From contig JBFXLE010000009.1 in assembly GCA_050173015.1 (NCBI GenBank), positions 103,861-167,860 of the forward strand: a stretch of DNA of 64,000 bases. Direction: 5' to 3'. The translations under genes and the position numbers were made by a program. The DNA comes from Calditrichaceae bacterium. Lineage in GTDB: Bacteria; Calditrichota; Calditrichia; Calditrichales; JBFXGD01. The notes under the pieces were generated by a model that ran no database searches, had not been told where the DNA came from, and saw only the letters and a list, made by a program, of their open reading frames with translations. This document shows positions 1 through 8,303 of this stretch, in pieces (position 1 is the first letter of the stretch; each line of letters starts with the position of its first letter).

Positions 1-167
1 GTTTGACCAAATTTCTGATCAAGGCAGATAAAAAACCCGTAATCATCGGGCAGTAGATTTGTAAGAATGAAAGCGACTAATCGTATAAAATTTATTTTTT
101 CGGCACTAAGCGATAAATGAAAAATTTAATTTATTGTAATCCCGGAGTTTATAAAAGGAACATGTTT

Positions 168-1838
168 ATGAAAAATATTTTATCCTTAATGATGATAACG
201 GTAACCGGATTAACAATTTTCTCGTGCGGCGGGAAACAAGGTGATGAGGTACCTATGCTTCAGCAGAAAATTAACCAGTTCGCGTCAACCGAACTAAAAT
301 ATGATGAATCTCTTCTCGACGACCGCCAAAAAATGGTCGTTGAAAAACTATTCATGGCGGCAAAAATCATGGATGAAATATACCTGGATCAAGTATATTC
401 AAAAAATAATGATCTAAAAGCAACCCTTATGGAGGCTACAGACGAAAACAGCCGGCTCATCCTTGATTATTTTGACATCATGTTTGGTCCCTTTGACCGG
501 CTGGACCATGATAAGCCATTTTACGGAAATGCCTCCAAACCCGCGGGCGCGAATTTTTATCCGGAAGATATGACCAAGGAAGAATTTCAGGAATGGTTAA
601 AAAATCATCCCGAAGATGAGCCGGCCTTTACATCGGAATTCACCGTCATCCGTCGGGATGGGGACAAACTTGTTGCCATTCCCTATTCAGAATATTATAA
701 AGAGCCTTTGAGCAGAGCGGCAAAATATCTTCGCCAGGCCGCGGAATATGCCGATAACGCTTCCCTTAAAAAATATCTGATCACCCGGGCGGATGGATTT
801 GAATCAAATGATTATTTCGAGAGTGACATGGCCTGGATGGATTTAAAAGATCATTCTATCGAGTTCATCATTGGTCCCTATGAAGTTTACGAAGACGAAT
901 TATTTAACTATAAAGCATCCTTTGAGAGCTTTCTGACCTTGAAAGATCCTGCTGAAAGCGCGAAACTGGCTGTTTTTGGCAGTTATCTGAATGATATCGA
1001 AAAGAATTTGCCAATCCCCGATGAATATAAAAATTTTAGCAGAGGCAGTGAGTCACCCATTATGGTGGTCCAGGAAGTTTTTTCAGCAGGCGATACAAAG
1101 GCGGGAGTCCAGACTCTGGCATTCAATCTGCCCAATGATGAGAGAGTGCGTGAAGCCAAAGGGTCAAAAAAAGTGATGCTGAAGAATATGCATGAAGCAA
1201 AATATAATAAATTACTGTTACCGATCGCCGAGCTGATTATCGCTCCGGATCAGCTTCAGTATGTCAGTTTTGATGGTTTTTTCAATCATACTTTGATGCA
1301 TGAGATGTCCCACGGAGTCGGACCGGGCAAAATCACTATTAATGGAAAACAGACTGAGGTCAAAAAAGAACTCAAGGAAACCTATTCCAAGCTGGAAGAA
1401 TGTAAAGCTGATCTCCTTGGTATGTATAACAATATGTTTATGATCAGTAAGGGCGTTTATCCCGAATCATTTGAAAAGGAAACATGGGTCACATTCCTCG
1501 CCGGTACATTTCGCTCAGTACGGTTTGGTATCAATGAAGCGCACGGCGCCGGCAACGCGATTATTTATAATTTCCTTCTGGAAAAAGGCGCGTATGCATA
1601 TGATGAGGCAAGCCAGAAAGTCAGCGTCAATTTTGACCGGATATATGATGTGGTCACCGAGCTTTCTTCTCTTATATTGACAATCCAGGCGGAAGGTGAT
1701 TATGAAGGGGCAAAAAAACTGATCGAAACATACGCGGTTGAGACACCTTCAATGAAAACGCTCAGAGAAAAATTGACCGTGCTTCCGGTTGATATTAAAC
1801 CGGTCTTCCAGATAGAGAAAACCCTGGCGTCGCGATAG
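168..1838 (+). CDS. Peptidase M49 (dipeptidyl peptidase III family) lipoprotein
   Basis: HEMSH zinc motif plus downstream LEECKAD motif; lipobox-like IFSC. Start moved from 117 to ATG 168 after AGGAA. Confidence 0.8.
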   Translation: MKNILSLMMITVTGLTIFSCGGKQGDEVPMLQQKINQFASTELKYDESLLDDRQKMVVEKLFMAAKIMDEIYLDQVYSKNNDLKATLMEATDENSRLILDYFDIMFGPFDRLDHDKPFYGNASKPAGANFYPEDMTKEEFQEWLKNHPEDEPAFTSEFTVIRRDGDKLVAIPYSEYYKEPLSRAAKYLRQAAEYADNASLKKYLITRADGFESNDYFESDMAWMDLKDHSIEFIIGPYEVYEDELFNYKASFESFLTLKDPAESAKLAVFGSYLNDIEKNLPIPDEYKNFSRGSESPIMVVQEVFSAGDTKAGVQTLAFNLPNDERVREAKGSKKVMLKNMHEAKYNKLLLPIAELIIAPDQLQYVSFDGFFNHTLMHEMSHGVGPGKITINGKQTEVKKELKETYSKLEECKADLLGMYNNMFMISKGVYPESFEKETWVTFLAGTFRSVRFGINEAHGAGNAIIYNFLLEKGAYAYDEASQKVSVNFDRIYDVVTELSSLILTIQAEGDYEGAKKLIETYAVETPSMKTLREKLTVLPVDIKPVFQIEKTLASR

Positions 1839-1869
1839 CGGGTTACTTATCTGTTATACGCCGGTATCG

Positions 1870-2182
1870 ACATAAGTATTGTATATAAGTTATAAACCGG
1901 AGGTTTGTCTTTTTGAAGACTCAGGGGTGGAAAGTATTCTGCCACAAGCATAGCAAATATTTTAAAAAAATCAGCTCAAAAAGCAGGAATAACAAAAACG
2001 ATAACGCCGCCTACGCGGCGTTCTTGTTTTGCGACGCGGTTGCTTGCGCAGGGTAGGGATTTAAGGTATATTCAGGAGTAGTTAGGTCAAAATAGTCCCG
2101 GGAAGACTGAACTGCACCCGTTTCGAATAAGTCTATTGATTGAATAAGGAATTCTGTTGATGATATTTTTGAAAAGGATTAG
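1870..2182 (+). pseudogene. Degenerate C-terminal fragment of a tyrosine recombinase (copy 1)
   Basis: Reads YKPEVCLFE..GGKYSATSIANILKKSAQKAGITKTITPPTRRSCFATRLLAQGRDLRYIQE*LGQNSPGKTEL, a decayed TPHxLRHSFATHLLExGxDLRYIQELLGHxSxKTTEIY motif with stop and frameshifts. Confidence 0.85.
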
Positions 2183-2198
2183 TTAATTGTAAAAAAAA

Positions 2199-2265
2199 TA
2201 TATAAACAATGGTTCATACACCGCCAATTTGGGGGGATAAGAACAATGGGATATATACGAACGTT
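2199..2265 (+). other. attI-like recombination site 1
   Basis: 67-bp imperfect palindrome TATATAAACAAT..GTTC...GAACAAT..ATATATACGAAC-GTT. Similarity among the three copies ends at GTT. Confidence 0.7.
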
Positions 2266-2394
2266 ATGGGCAAGGCAATGAAAGAAAACGCAATGGGAGT
2301 AATATTGTCAGGAAATAGAAAGTTGGAGACTAAAAATAGCTAATATAGATGAATGTTTTGAGAAAATAAAAATAGATTCTAAAGAGAAAATATT

Positions 2395-2901
2395 ATGAGT
2401 ATATACACAGATAAAACATATGTTGCTTTTGATGCTGATAATGATATCCACTACTACAGATTGATGCAAGCTTGGAAAAAAAATGATAATTCTTCATTTA
2501 ACTTTTATGATGCTCACGATTTGAATAATTTGATGTCTTGGTCTTCAGAAGAAACAATAAAAGCGAGACTTGCTGAAAGAATGAAAAACTCAAAAGTCTT
2601 TATTTTACTTGTAGGAAATAACACAAAATTTCTATACAAATTTGTTCGATGGGAAATTGATCAAGCTTTAAAAAGAGAAAAACCTATTATAGTTGTTAAC
2701 TTAAATAAAAAGAGAAGCAGGGATACCGAACGATGTCCTGCTATTTTAAATAGTGAATTAGCGGTTCATATAAGTTTTAATCAAAAGATAATTGAATACG
2801 CAATAAATAATTGGCCTAGCTCTGAGGAGTATTACCGTAAGAACAATGAAAAAGGAGATTATTATTACAAAGATTCTGTTTATAAAGAATTAGGAATATG
2901 A
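2395..2901 (+). CDS. thsB: Thoeris ThsB-like TIR-domain protein (cassette 1)
   Basis: YVAFD, NFYDAHD, RLAERMKNSKVFILLVG, FVRWEI (catalytic Glu) typical of DUF1863/ThsB TIR. Confidence 0.85.
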   Translation: MSIYTDKTYVAFDADNDIHYYRLMQAWKKNDNSSFNFYDAHDLNNLMSWSSEETIKARLAERMKNSKVFILLVGNNTKFLYKFVRWEIDQALKREKPIIVVNLNKKRSRDTERCPAILNSELAVHISFNQKIIEYAINNWPSSEEYYRKNNEKGDYYYKDSVYKELGI

Positions 2902-3803
2902 AAATGGGTATTTACAGATGGTTGTCGAAATATAAATCTATCCTTACAGATTTGATGTCTGGTATAGGCCTTTTTTGGCTATTTGTTGAAATAGCAAGTT
3001 ATTCGACAAATGGACAAATTGACAAATACACGAAAAGCATAGCTTTTTTCTTAGTAGGGTTTGTATTAATCATTATTATAGTGCTAATAAAAAATAGGCC
3101 TAGAACATCTTTTTCCTATAAATTACGAGATAAAGATAATTTCATAGAAGTTAAAGTAGGTGATGCTTTTGATAATAATGGAGCTTTAATAATTCCATTC
3201 AATAATTATCTTGATGTATCTCTCGGTGGTAATGTAAAAAAGGCTAATAGTCTGCAAAACAAACTTATAAAACAATATTATTTTGATAAAGAAGAACATT
3301 TAGTTCAAGATATTTTAAAAAAAACAAATCTAACTGCACCATTTGATATTGGTACGACTGTAGAAATTGAACAAAAAGGTAAAAGTTTTTTTCTACTAGT
3401 TAATTCTCATAAAAAAGAAAATAACCGAGTTGTATCGACAGTTGATGACTTCTTATTGAGTTTATCGAAGGTTTGGGATTTCATTGCTTTGGAATCCGGA
3501 AGAAAAAGTATAGTAACAATTCCAATAATAAGTACAAATCACGGCAGAATAACAGACTTAAACAGAATGAATGCGATAAAAGAAATTATTAATAGCTACG
3601 TTGAGGCTTCAAAGTTTCTAAATATTGCAGATAAATTGATAATCAGCATTTTTCCAGACGATATAAATAAAGGAAATATTAAACTTGATGAAGTAGATGA
3701 ATATTTAAAGTTTCAGTGTAATCATTATAGAAAAGTTCATTTTTCACCTAAACTAGAAGGTAAAGAAGTAAGTCCTTCAGTTACAAAGGGTATTAATAAT
3801 TAA
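2898..3803 (+). CDS. thsA: Thoeris type II ThsA-like effector (2 TM helices + Macro-like domain)
   Basis: Two N-terminal hydrophobic helices, then IEVKVGDAF..LIIPFNNYLD and VTIPIIST Macro-like motifs; 4-bp overlap with the TIR gene. Confidence 0.75.
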   Translation: MKMGIYRWLSKYKSILTDLMSGIGLFWLFVEIASYSTNGQIDKYTKSIAFFLVGFVLIIIIVLIKNRPRTSFSYKLRDKDNFIEVKVGDAFDNNGALIIPFNNYLDVSLGGNVKKANSLQNKLIKQYYFDKEEHLVQDILKKTNLTAPFDIGTTVEIEQKGKSFFLLVNSHKKENNRVVSTVDDFLLSLSKVWDFIALESGRKSIVTIPIISTNHGRITDLNRMNAIKEIINSYVEASKFLNIADKLIISIFPDDINKGNIKLDEVDEYLKFQCNHYRKVHFSPKLEGKEVSPSVTKGINN

Positions 3804-3861
3804 TTACAAGAATAATAGGAAATACAATAGGAAATTTTAATTAAGGAAATTAAGAAGCCCA

Positions 3862-3996
3862 GCCCATAACAATGCATATACTTTATGGCGGGTTCCGTTA
3901 TGAAAATGAGTATTTTAGTTTCAAATATAAATCAGTGTGGACAGAAAGATTTGTCTTCCAAAGTCCGCCACAAAGCATATGCTTCCCGTTATGCAC
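3862..3996 (+). repeat. attC-like site 1
   Basis: GCCCATAAC (reverse complement of GTTATGGGC at 2263); arms GCATATACTTTATGGCGG / CCGCCACAAAGCATATGC; GTT at 3988. Confidence 0.85.
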
Positions 3997-4019
3997 AAGC
4001 TAAAAAAAGAATATAGTTA

Positions 4020-4877
4020 ATGATTATAATAAATGACAAGTCAATAGAGAAACTCAGAGACCTGATAAATGAAGAAACTGAATATCGGTCAGGTCCGAAA
4101 CTCATCGAGTTTTTTAAAGACTTGGGCTTCAATGACTCTTATGGTCAAGGATTTCCTTCTCGTTGGAAATATACTGATGATCGCCTTCGCAAAATTAACG
4201 GTAAACCAGAATTAGATAAGTGCATCAGAAAATTATTCAATCCAGTTAATTTCATTGGCAAAACTTCTGAACTTGATAACCACATCAAAAATCTGAATCA
4301 ATATTTAGCTTTTGATAAATGGCAGGTAGTTCGTAATGGTACAGAAATAACTTTCAAAAAGAAAGATAAGGTTGAACTGCATGATGATTATGCAGAACTG
4401 AAAGCAGATGAATTTTTAGATAAAGAATTTGATGATATTTCAATAGATGCTCTAGGTCTTGATTCTATAGTTTCAGAAGTTCTCAAAATTCGTTTTGTAG
4501 AAATAAAGAATTGTTTTGCAGCAAAAGCACATTTGTCGGTCATTTTTCTTTCAGGCAGTAGTCTTGAAGGAATCCTACTAGGAATTGCTTTGAAGTCACC
4601 TACGGAATTCAACCAAGCTAAATCTGCACCTAAAGACAAGGAAGGCAAAGTCAAACAATTTCCTGATTGGACTTTGAGCCAACTAATTGACGTTACGTTT
4701 GAAGTTGGTCTCATCAAGGATGATGTGAAAAAATTTAGTCATGCTCTTCGAGACTTCAGAAACTACATTCACCCATATCAGCAAGTAAGCTCGGGATTTA
4801 ATCCTGATCACCATACAGCAAAAATTTGCTTTCAAGTATTGAAGGCAGGAGTATTTCAACTATCAAAAAACAAATAA
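4020..4877 (+). CDS. Putative abortive-infection protein (AbiJ-like N-terminus, C-terminal HEPN-like RxxxxH) (cassette 2)
   Basis: YRSGPKLIEFF..GFPSRW N-terminal motif; LRDFRNYIHP near the C-terminus. Confidence 0.6.
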   Translation: MIIINDKSIEKLRDLINEETEYRSGPKLIEFFKDLGFNDSYGQGFPSRWKYTDDRLRKINGKPELDKCIRKLFNPVNFIGKTSELDNHIKNLNQYLAFDKWQVVRNGTEITFKKKDKVELHDDYAELKADEFLDKEFDDISIDALGLDSIVSEVLKIRFVEIKNCFAAKAHLSVIFLSGSSLEGILLGIALKSPTEFNQAKSAPKDKEGKVKQFPDWTLSQLIDVTFEVGLIKDDVKKFSHALRDFRNYIHPYQQVSSGFNPDHHTAKICFQVLKAGVFQLSKNK

Positions 4878-5216
4878 ATGGATACTACACAATTTAAAAA
4901 CGGCTATTTCATTGAGAGAGTTTATCAACCAATCTCAGAAACTGAATTCAAGTGTCGACTAATAGTTAAATCAAAGGCGAATAATCAAGAAATTACAGGA
5001 ATAGAGACTAAAATAAATACCGTTGAGATTGGTCAGGGATTAGCAGACTCACAATTTAGCGTTAATCCAATAAGTTGGGAGAGATATTTGAACCAGACAA
5101 TTACAATGTTATTCAACATGTTGATGCTTCGTCTGAATATTACCGACTTGCATAATGTTGACGGAGAAGATAAAATTTCTGAATTCTTTGACGAAAATCC
5201 GTTTCACCAAAATTAA
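4878..5216 (+). CDS. Hypothetical protein (cassette 2)
   Basis: 112-aa ORF abutting the previous stop and ending just before attC-like site 2. Confidence 0.65.
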   Translation: MDTTQFKNGYFIERVYQPISETEFKCRLIVKSKANNQEITGIETKINTVEIGQGLADSQFSVNPISWERYLNQTITMLFNMLMLRLNITDLHNVDGEDKISEFFDENPFHQN

Positions 5217-5224
5217 AAAAGCCA

Positions 5225-5359
5225 GTGCCTAACATCGGCTATAGCAAATGCGGGCTAAAGTGCTATAATGAAAGTAATTACACATAATAAACCAACTGCT
5301 AGTCGGACAAGTAAGTACCTTGAAACCCCGCACTTTCCATAGCCATGACCGTTAGCTGC
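5225..5359 (+). repeat. attC-like site 2
   Basis: GTGCCTAAC (8/9 complementary to GTTATGCAC at 3988); arms GGCTATAGCAAATGCGGG / CCCGCACTTTCCATAGCC; GTT at 5351. Confidence 0.85.
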
Positions 5360-5397
5360 AAGGTTAAGAGCGATACTGCAAAATTGAAAATTAAGAA

Positions 5398-6282
5398 ATG
5401 ATTTTAGACTATTTAAATAAAACATTTAATAACAGAGAAATCGTATTGATTTCCTATTTGACAATTTTCATTATATGGACACTTACACAGAAAAATATTA
5501 GACAGTCCATAGTGTCTGTGATTAAAGCATTTATGGCATGGAAGATACTTGTTTCAATATTTGTGTTGTTACTATATATTGCATTGATTGCTTTTGGATT
5601 ATTTAAAATTGGACTTTGGGATAAATCCATGATTAAAGATACTGTTTATTGGACTTTTGGGGTCGGATTCATTATTATGATGAATTTTGACAAAGCATTG
5701 AAGGAAGAACACTATTTTAAGAACCTTGTCAAAGAAAATTTTAAAGTCCTTATAATCATTGAATTTATAGTTGGAATTTATGTTTTTGGTATCATCACTG
5801 AATTTATTTTAATGCCATTTGTGATTCTATTTTCAATGTTATTAGGATACACTGAAGTTTATAAAGAGCATGGACAAGTTCGCAAATTTTTAAATGGAAT
5901 CTTTGGCATCATAGGTACGATTTATTTAATTTATTCCGGTTATCATATTTACTCTGATTTTACTGGATTTGCAACTCTGGGGAATCTTAAAACATTTTTA
6001 TTCCCTTTAATAATGTTTGTTCTATTTTTACCATTTGCATATTCCTTTGCACTATTGGCTCATTACGAGAGCTTATTCGTTCGATTAGGTTTTTTCCTTA
6101 AAGACAAAAAATTGAGAAGATTCGCTAAGTGGAGAATATTATTGTCAGTAAATTTTAGCATTTTAAGATTAAAACGAATAACACCTGGAATGTTATTTAG
6201 TGACTGTTCTACTAGAGAAGATATAAAAAATGAGATAAAAAATAAAATAAACCCAGCAGCTAACACACAATATAGCCAATAA
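5398..6282 (+). CDS. Polytopic membrane protein of unknown function (cassette 3)
   Basis: About 7 hydrophobic segments; stop codon lies inside attC-like site 3. Confidence 0.75.
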   Translation: MILDYLNKTFNNREIVLISYLTIFIIWTLTQKNIRQSIVSVIKAFMAWKILVSIFVLLLYIALIAFGLFKIGLWDKSMIKDTVYWTFGVGFIIMMNFDKALKEEHYFKNLVKENFKVLIIIEFIVGIYVFGIITEFILMPFVILFSMLLGYTEVYKEHGQVRKFLNGIFGIIGTIYLIYSGYHIYSDFTGFATLGNLKTFLFPLIMFVLFLPFAYSFALLAHYESLFVRLGFFLKDKKLRRFAKWRILLSVNFSILRLKRITPGMLFSDCSTREDIKNEIKNKINPAANTQYSQ

Positions 6283-6394
6283 GGGTTTCAGTGGTATGCA
6301 AAGGGTTGTAGTGTAGCCCGCTCCAACTTTTCGTGTAACTTGATAGGAAATCACCCGCAATCCCTTACTGGCCATATTGTCAAGCGTTAGCTCC
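6256..6394 (+). repeat. attC-like site 3
   Basis: GCAGCTAAC is the reverse complement of GTTAGCTGC at 5351; arms CAATATAGCCAATAAGGG / CCCTTACTGGCCATATTG; GTT at 6386. Confidence 0.85.
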
Positions 6395-6451
6395 AAGGCT
6401 AAAAAATAGAAACAAAAAGAATAAAATATTTGCCAAAAGGATGAAAATAGA

Positions 6452-6630
6452 ACGCCGCCTATGCGGCGTTATTGTTTTGCGACGCGGTTGCTTGCGCAGG
6501 GTACGGATTTAAGATATATTCAGGAGTAGTTATGTCATATTAGTCCCGGGACGACTGAACTGCACACGTCTCAAATAAGTCAATTGATTGAATAAGGAAT
6601 TCTGTTGATGATATTTTTGAAAGGGATTAG
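6452..6630 (+). pseudogene. Tyrosine recombinase C-terminal remnant (copy 2)
   Basis: TPPMRRYCFATRLLAQGTDLRYIQE*LCHISPGTTEL..HVSNKSID*IRNSVDDIFERD*. Confidence 0.85.
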
Positions 6631-6646
6631 TTAATCGTAAAAAAAA

Positions 6647-6713
6647 TATATAAACAATTGTTCATATACCGCTGATTTGGGTGGATAAGAACAATAACAT
6701 ATACACGCACGTT
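6647..6713 (+). other. attI-like site 2
   Basis: Homologous to 2199-2265; GTT at 6711 opens cassette 4. Confidence 0.7.
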
Positions 6714-6735
6714 AGGTTGCATTAAAAAAGAAACC

Positions 6736-7320
6736 ATGAAACTATATCACAGATACAACATAAAGAGAAAACAAGAACATTTATTTTTGGAGTTTATCTT
6801 GAATAATATTCCAGGAATAAATTATTTAAAAGAGAATTATCGTCTTACAGAAAATGAATATGATTCATCAATTGAGATAAAACCCATAATTGATTCATTA
6901 AAAAATGACACTTGGTTACCAAAAAAGCGTAAACAAAATTGCATTGACATTTTACAGGACATTAAACTTAATCATGACAAGGTCGTAGTATTTGAATCGG
7001 TTAATAAAATATCATTTGATTTCACTATTAAAATAGATAGTGACTTGTTTTTCTTTGAATTACACGAAGACCAACACAAGAAGTTAAAAGTAAATAGACA
7101 GTCAAAAATATTTGATATCCAAGGAAATGAAATTTTTGTTCCTCGTTATTTACAAAGATTATTAAAGGATATTTGGCGCTGGGAGAATCTTGACAACTAC
7201 AAGATAATTTGGGCTGACTGGTTTATTTCATCATCAAATAAACTTTCTAACTTGTTGGAAAAAGGAAAAATCGAATACGGAATAGATAATACATTTCAAT
7301 TTAAAAACTTAGGAATATGA
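6736..7320 (+). CDS. Hypothetical protein, possible PD-(D/E)XK / DUF559-like nuclease (cassette 4)
   Basis: SFDF...FFELHEDQH resembles the D..E.xx.xH motif of very-short-patch-type nucleases. Confidence 0.5.
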   Translation: MKLYHRYNIKRKQEHLFLEFILNNIPGINYLKENYRLTENEYDSSIEIKPIIDSLKNDTWLPKKRKQNCIDILQDIKLNHDKVVVFESVNKISFDFTIKIDSDLFFFELHEDQHKKLKVNRQSKIFDIQGNEIFVPRYLQRLLKDIWRWENLDNYKIIWADWFISSSNKLSNLLEKGKIEYGIDNTFQFKNLGI

Positions 7321-7984
7321 ATATTGAAGAATTGGAACAAAAGATTGCGAAACTTAGAAACGAAATAAAAAAGGATACTCTAGAACTTGAGAATGTTCCC
7401 GAAAGATTTATTTCAGTAATCAAAGGAGAACTGAAAACAAAAGAAGGTAGATTAATTGATTTGGAGTTAAAACTGGATGATTTAATTGAAAATGGAATTA
7501 CTGATAGGCTGCAAAAGCCAATTGATGAATTACAAGAGAAAATTAAATCGTTTATTCTTGATTATCAATTTCAATATCCACAGGACAAAGAAATGTTTAT
7601 CTATCAAATTGCATTTGAAGAAAATGATGATGAACTCTTGATAAGCTTAAAACCAAAGGAAAAAACCACAAATCGATTGAACAAATACAACAAGGATTTA
7701 CTAAAAGTTACAATAGAGAACAAAGTAATACAAGAACCAAAAGCTACTGACCTTTTATTAAGACTTTAAAGCACTTTTCAATTAAAAAAGTTAAATCACT
7801 TGACCTTGTATTCTTAGGAGTTCCCTTAATCGCTGAATATAGCCATGACAAATATCAATAGAAACAAATATCAAACAACCTTTTCGTTTTGACTCAGATT
7901 TCCAAAGATAAAAAGAAAGAAATTCTTGAATATATTGCAGAAAAATTCAATCAGAGTATAAAAATCGAATTTGTGAAGAAATAA
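7317..7984 (+). pseudogene. Disrupted gene (coiled-coil N-terminus, broken C-terminal domain) (cassette 4)
   Basis: ORF stops at 7769, but a shifted frame continues KHFSIKKVKSLDLVFLGVPLIAEYSHDKYQ*KQISNNLFVLTQISKDKKKEILEYIAEKFNQSIKIEFVKK* up to the attC-like site. Confidence 0.6.
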
Positions 7985-7985
7985 C

Positions 7986-8122
7986 GCAACCTAGCACGCA
8001 ATAAAAAACATAGGGCAGAAAGTGCAAAAATTGAACGACATAACATTTAATAAACGACTTGGTAACTTGACAGGGAAGTGCTTCGAAATGCCAAACGTTT
8101 CATATACGTAACCGATAGCGTT
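7986..8122 (+). repeat. attC-like site 4 (both cores mutated)
   Basis: GCAACCTAGC vs expected GCAACCTAAC; GATAGCGTT at 8114 vs expected GTTAGCGTT. Confidence 0.75.
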
Positions 8123-8200
8123 CATTGTAAGGAGACAAAACAACCGTCAGAATAATTATGGTATTTTTGCTGCATGAAGAAAAAAGAAAATATGGAAATA

Positions 8201-8290
8201 GCCACCGCACAAATGGCATATTTGGTTTTTGCCGACGCACAGCCAAACGCTGAAAAAACCAAAAGAGCCATTTCTTGCCATCTCACGACT
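8201..8290 (+). repeat. ACA/AGA internal-loop hairpin element E1
   Basis: AAATGGC-ATA-TTTGGTTTTT...AAAAACCAAA-AGA-GCCATTT. Confidence 0.7.
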
Positions 8291-8303
8291 GAAAGATAAT
8301 GAT

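Noticed and set aside
8150-8172. Bacteroidota-type -7 promoter (TATTTTTG) upstream of hsdR
   Set aside because: No convincing -33 TTTG at the expected distance, and the motif is common in AT-rich DNA.
8229-8303. TTG-initiated N-terminal extensions of HsdR (8229) and the STAND protein (16848)
   Set aside because: Both lie in ACA/AGA repeats; downstream ATGs give typical N-termini.
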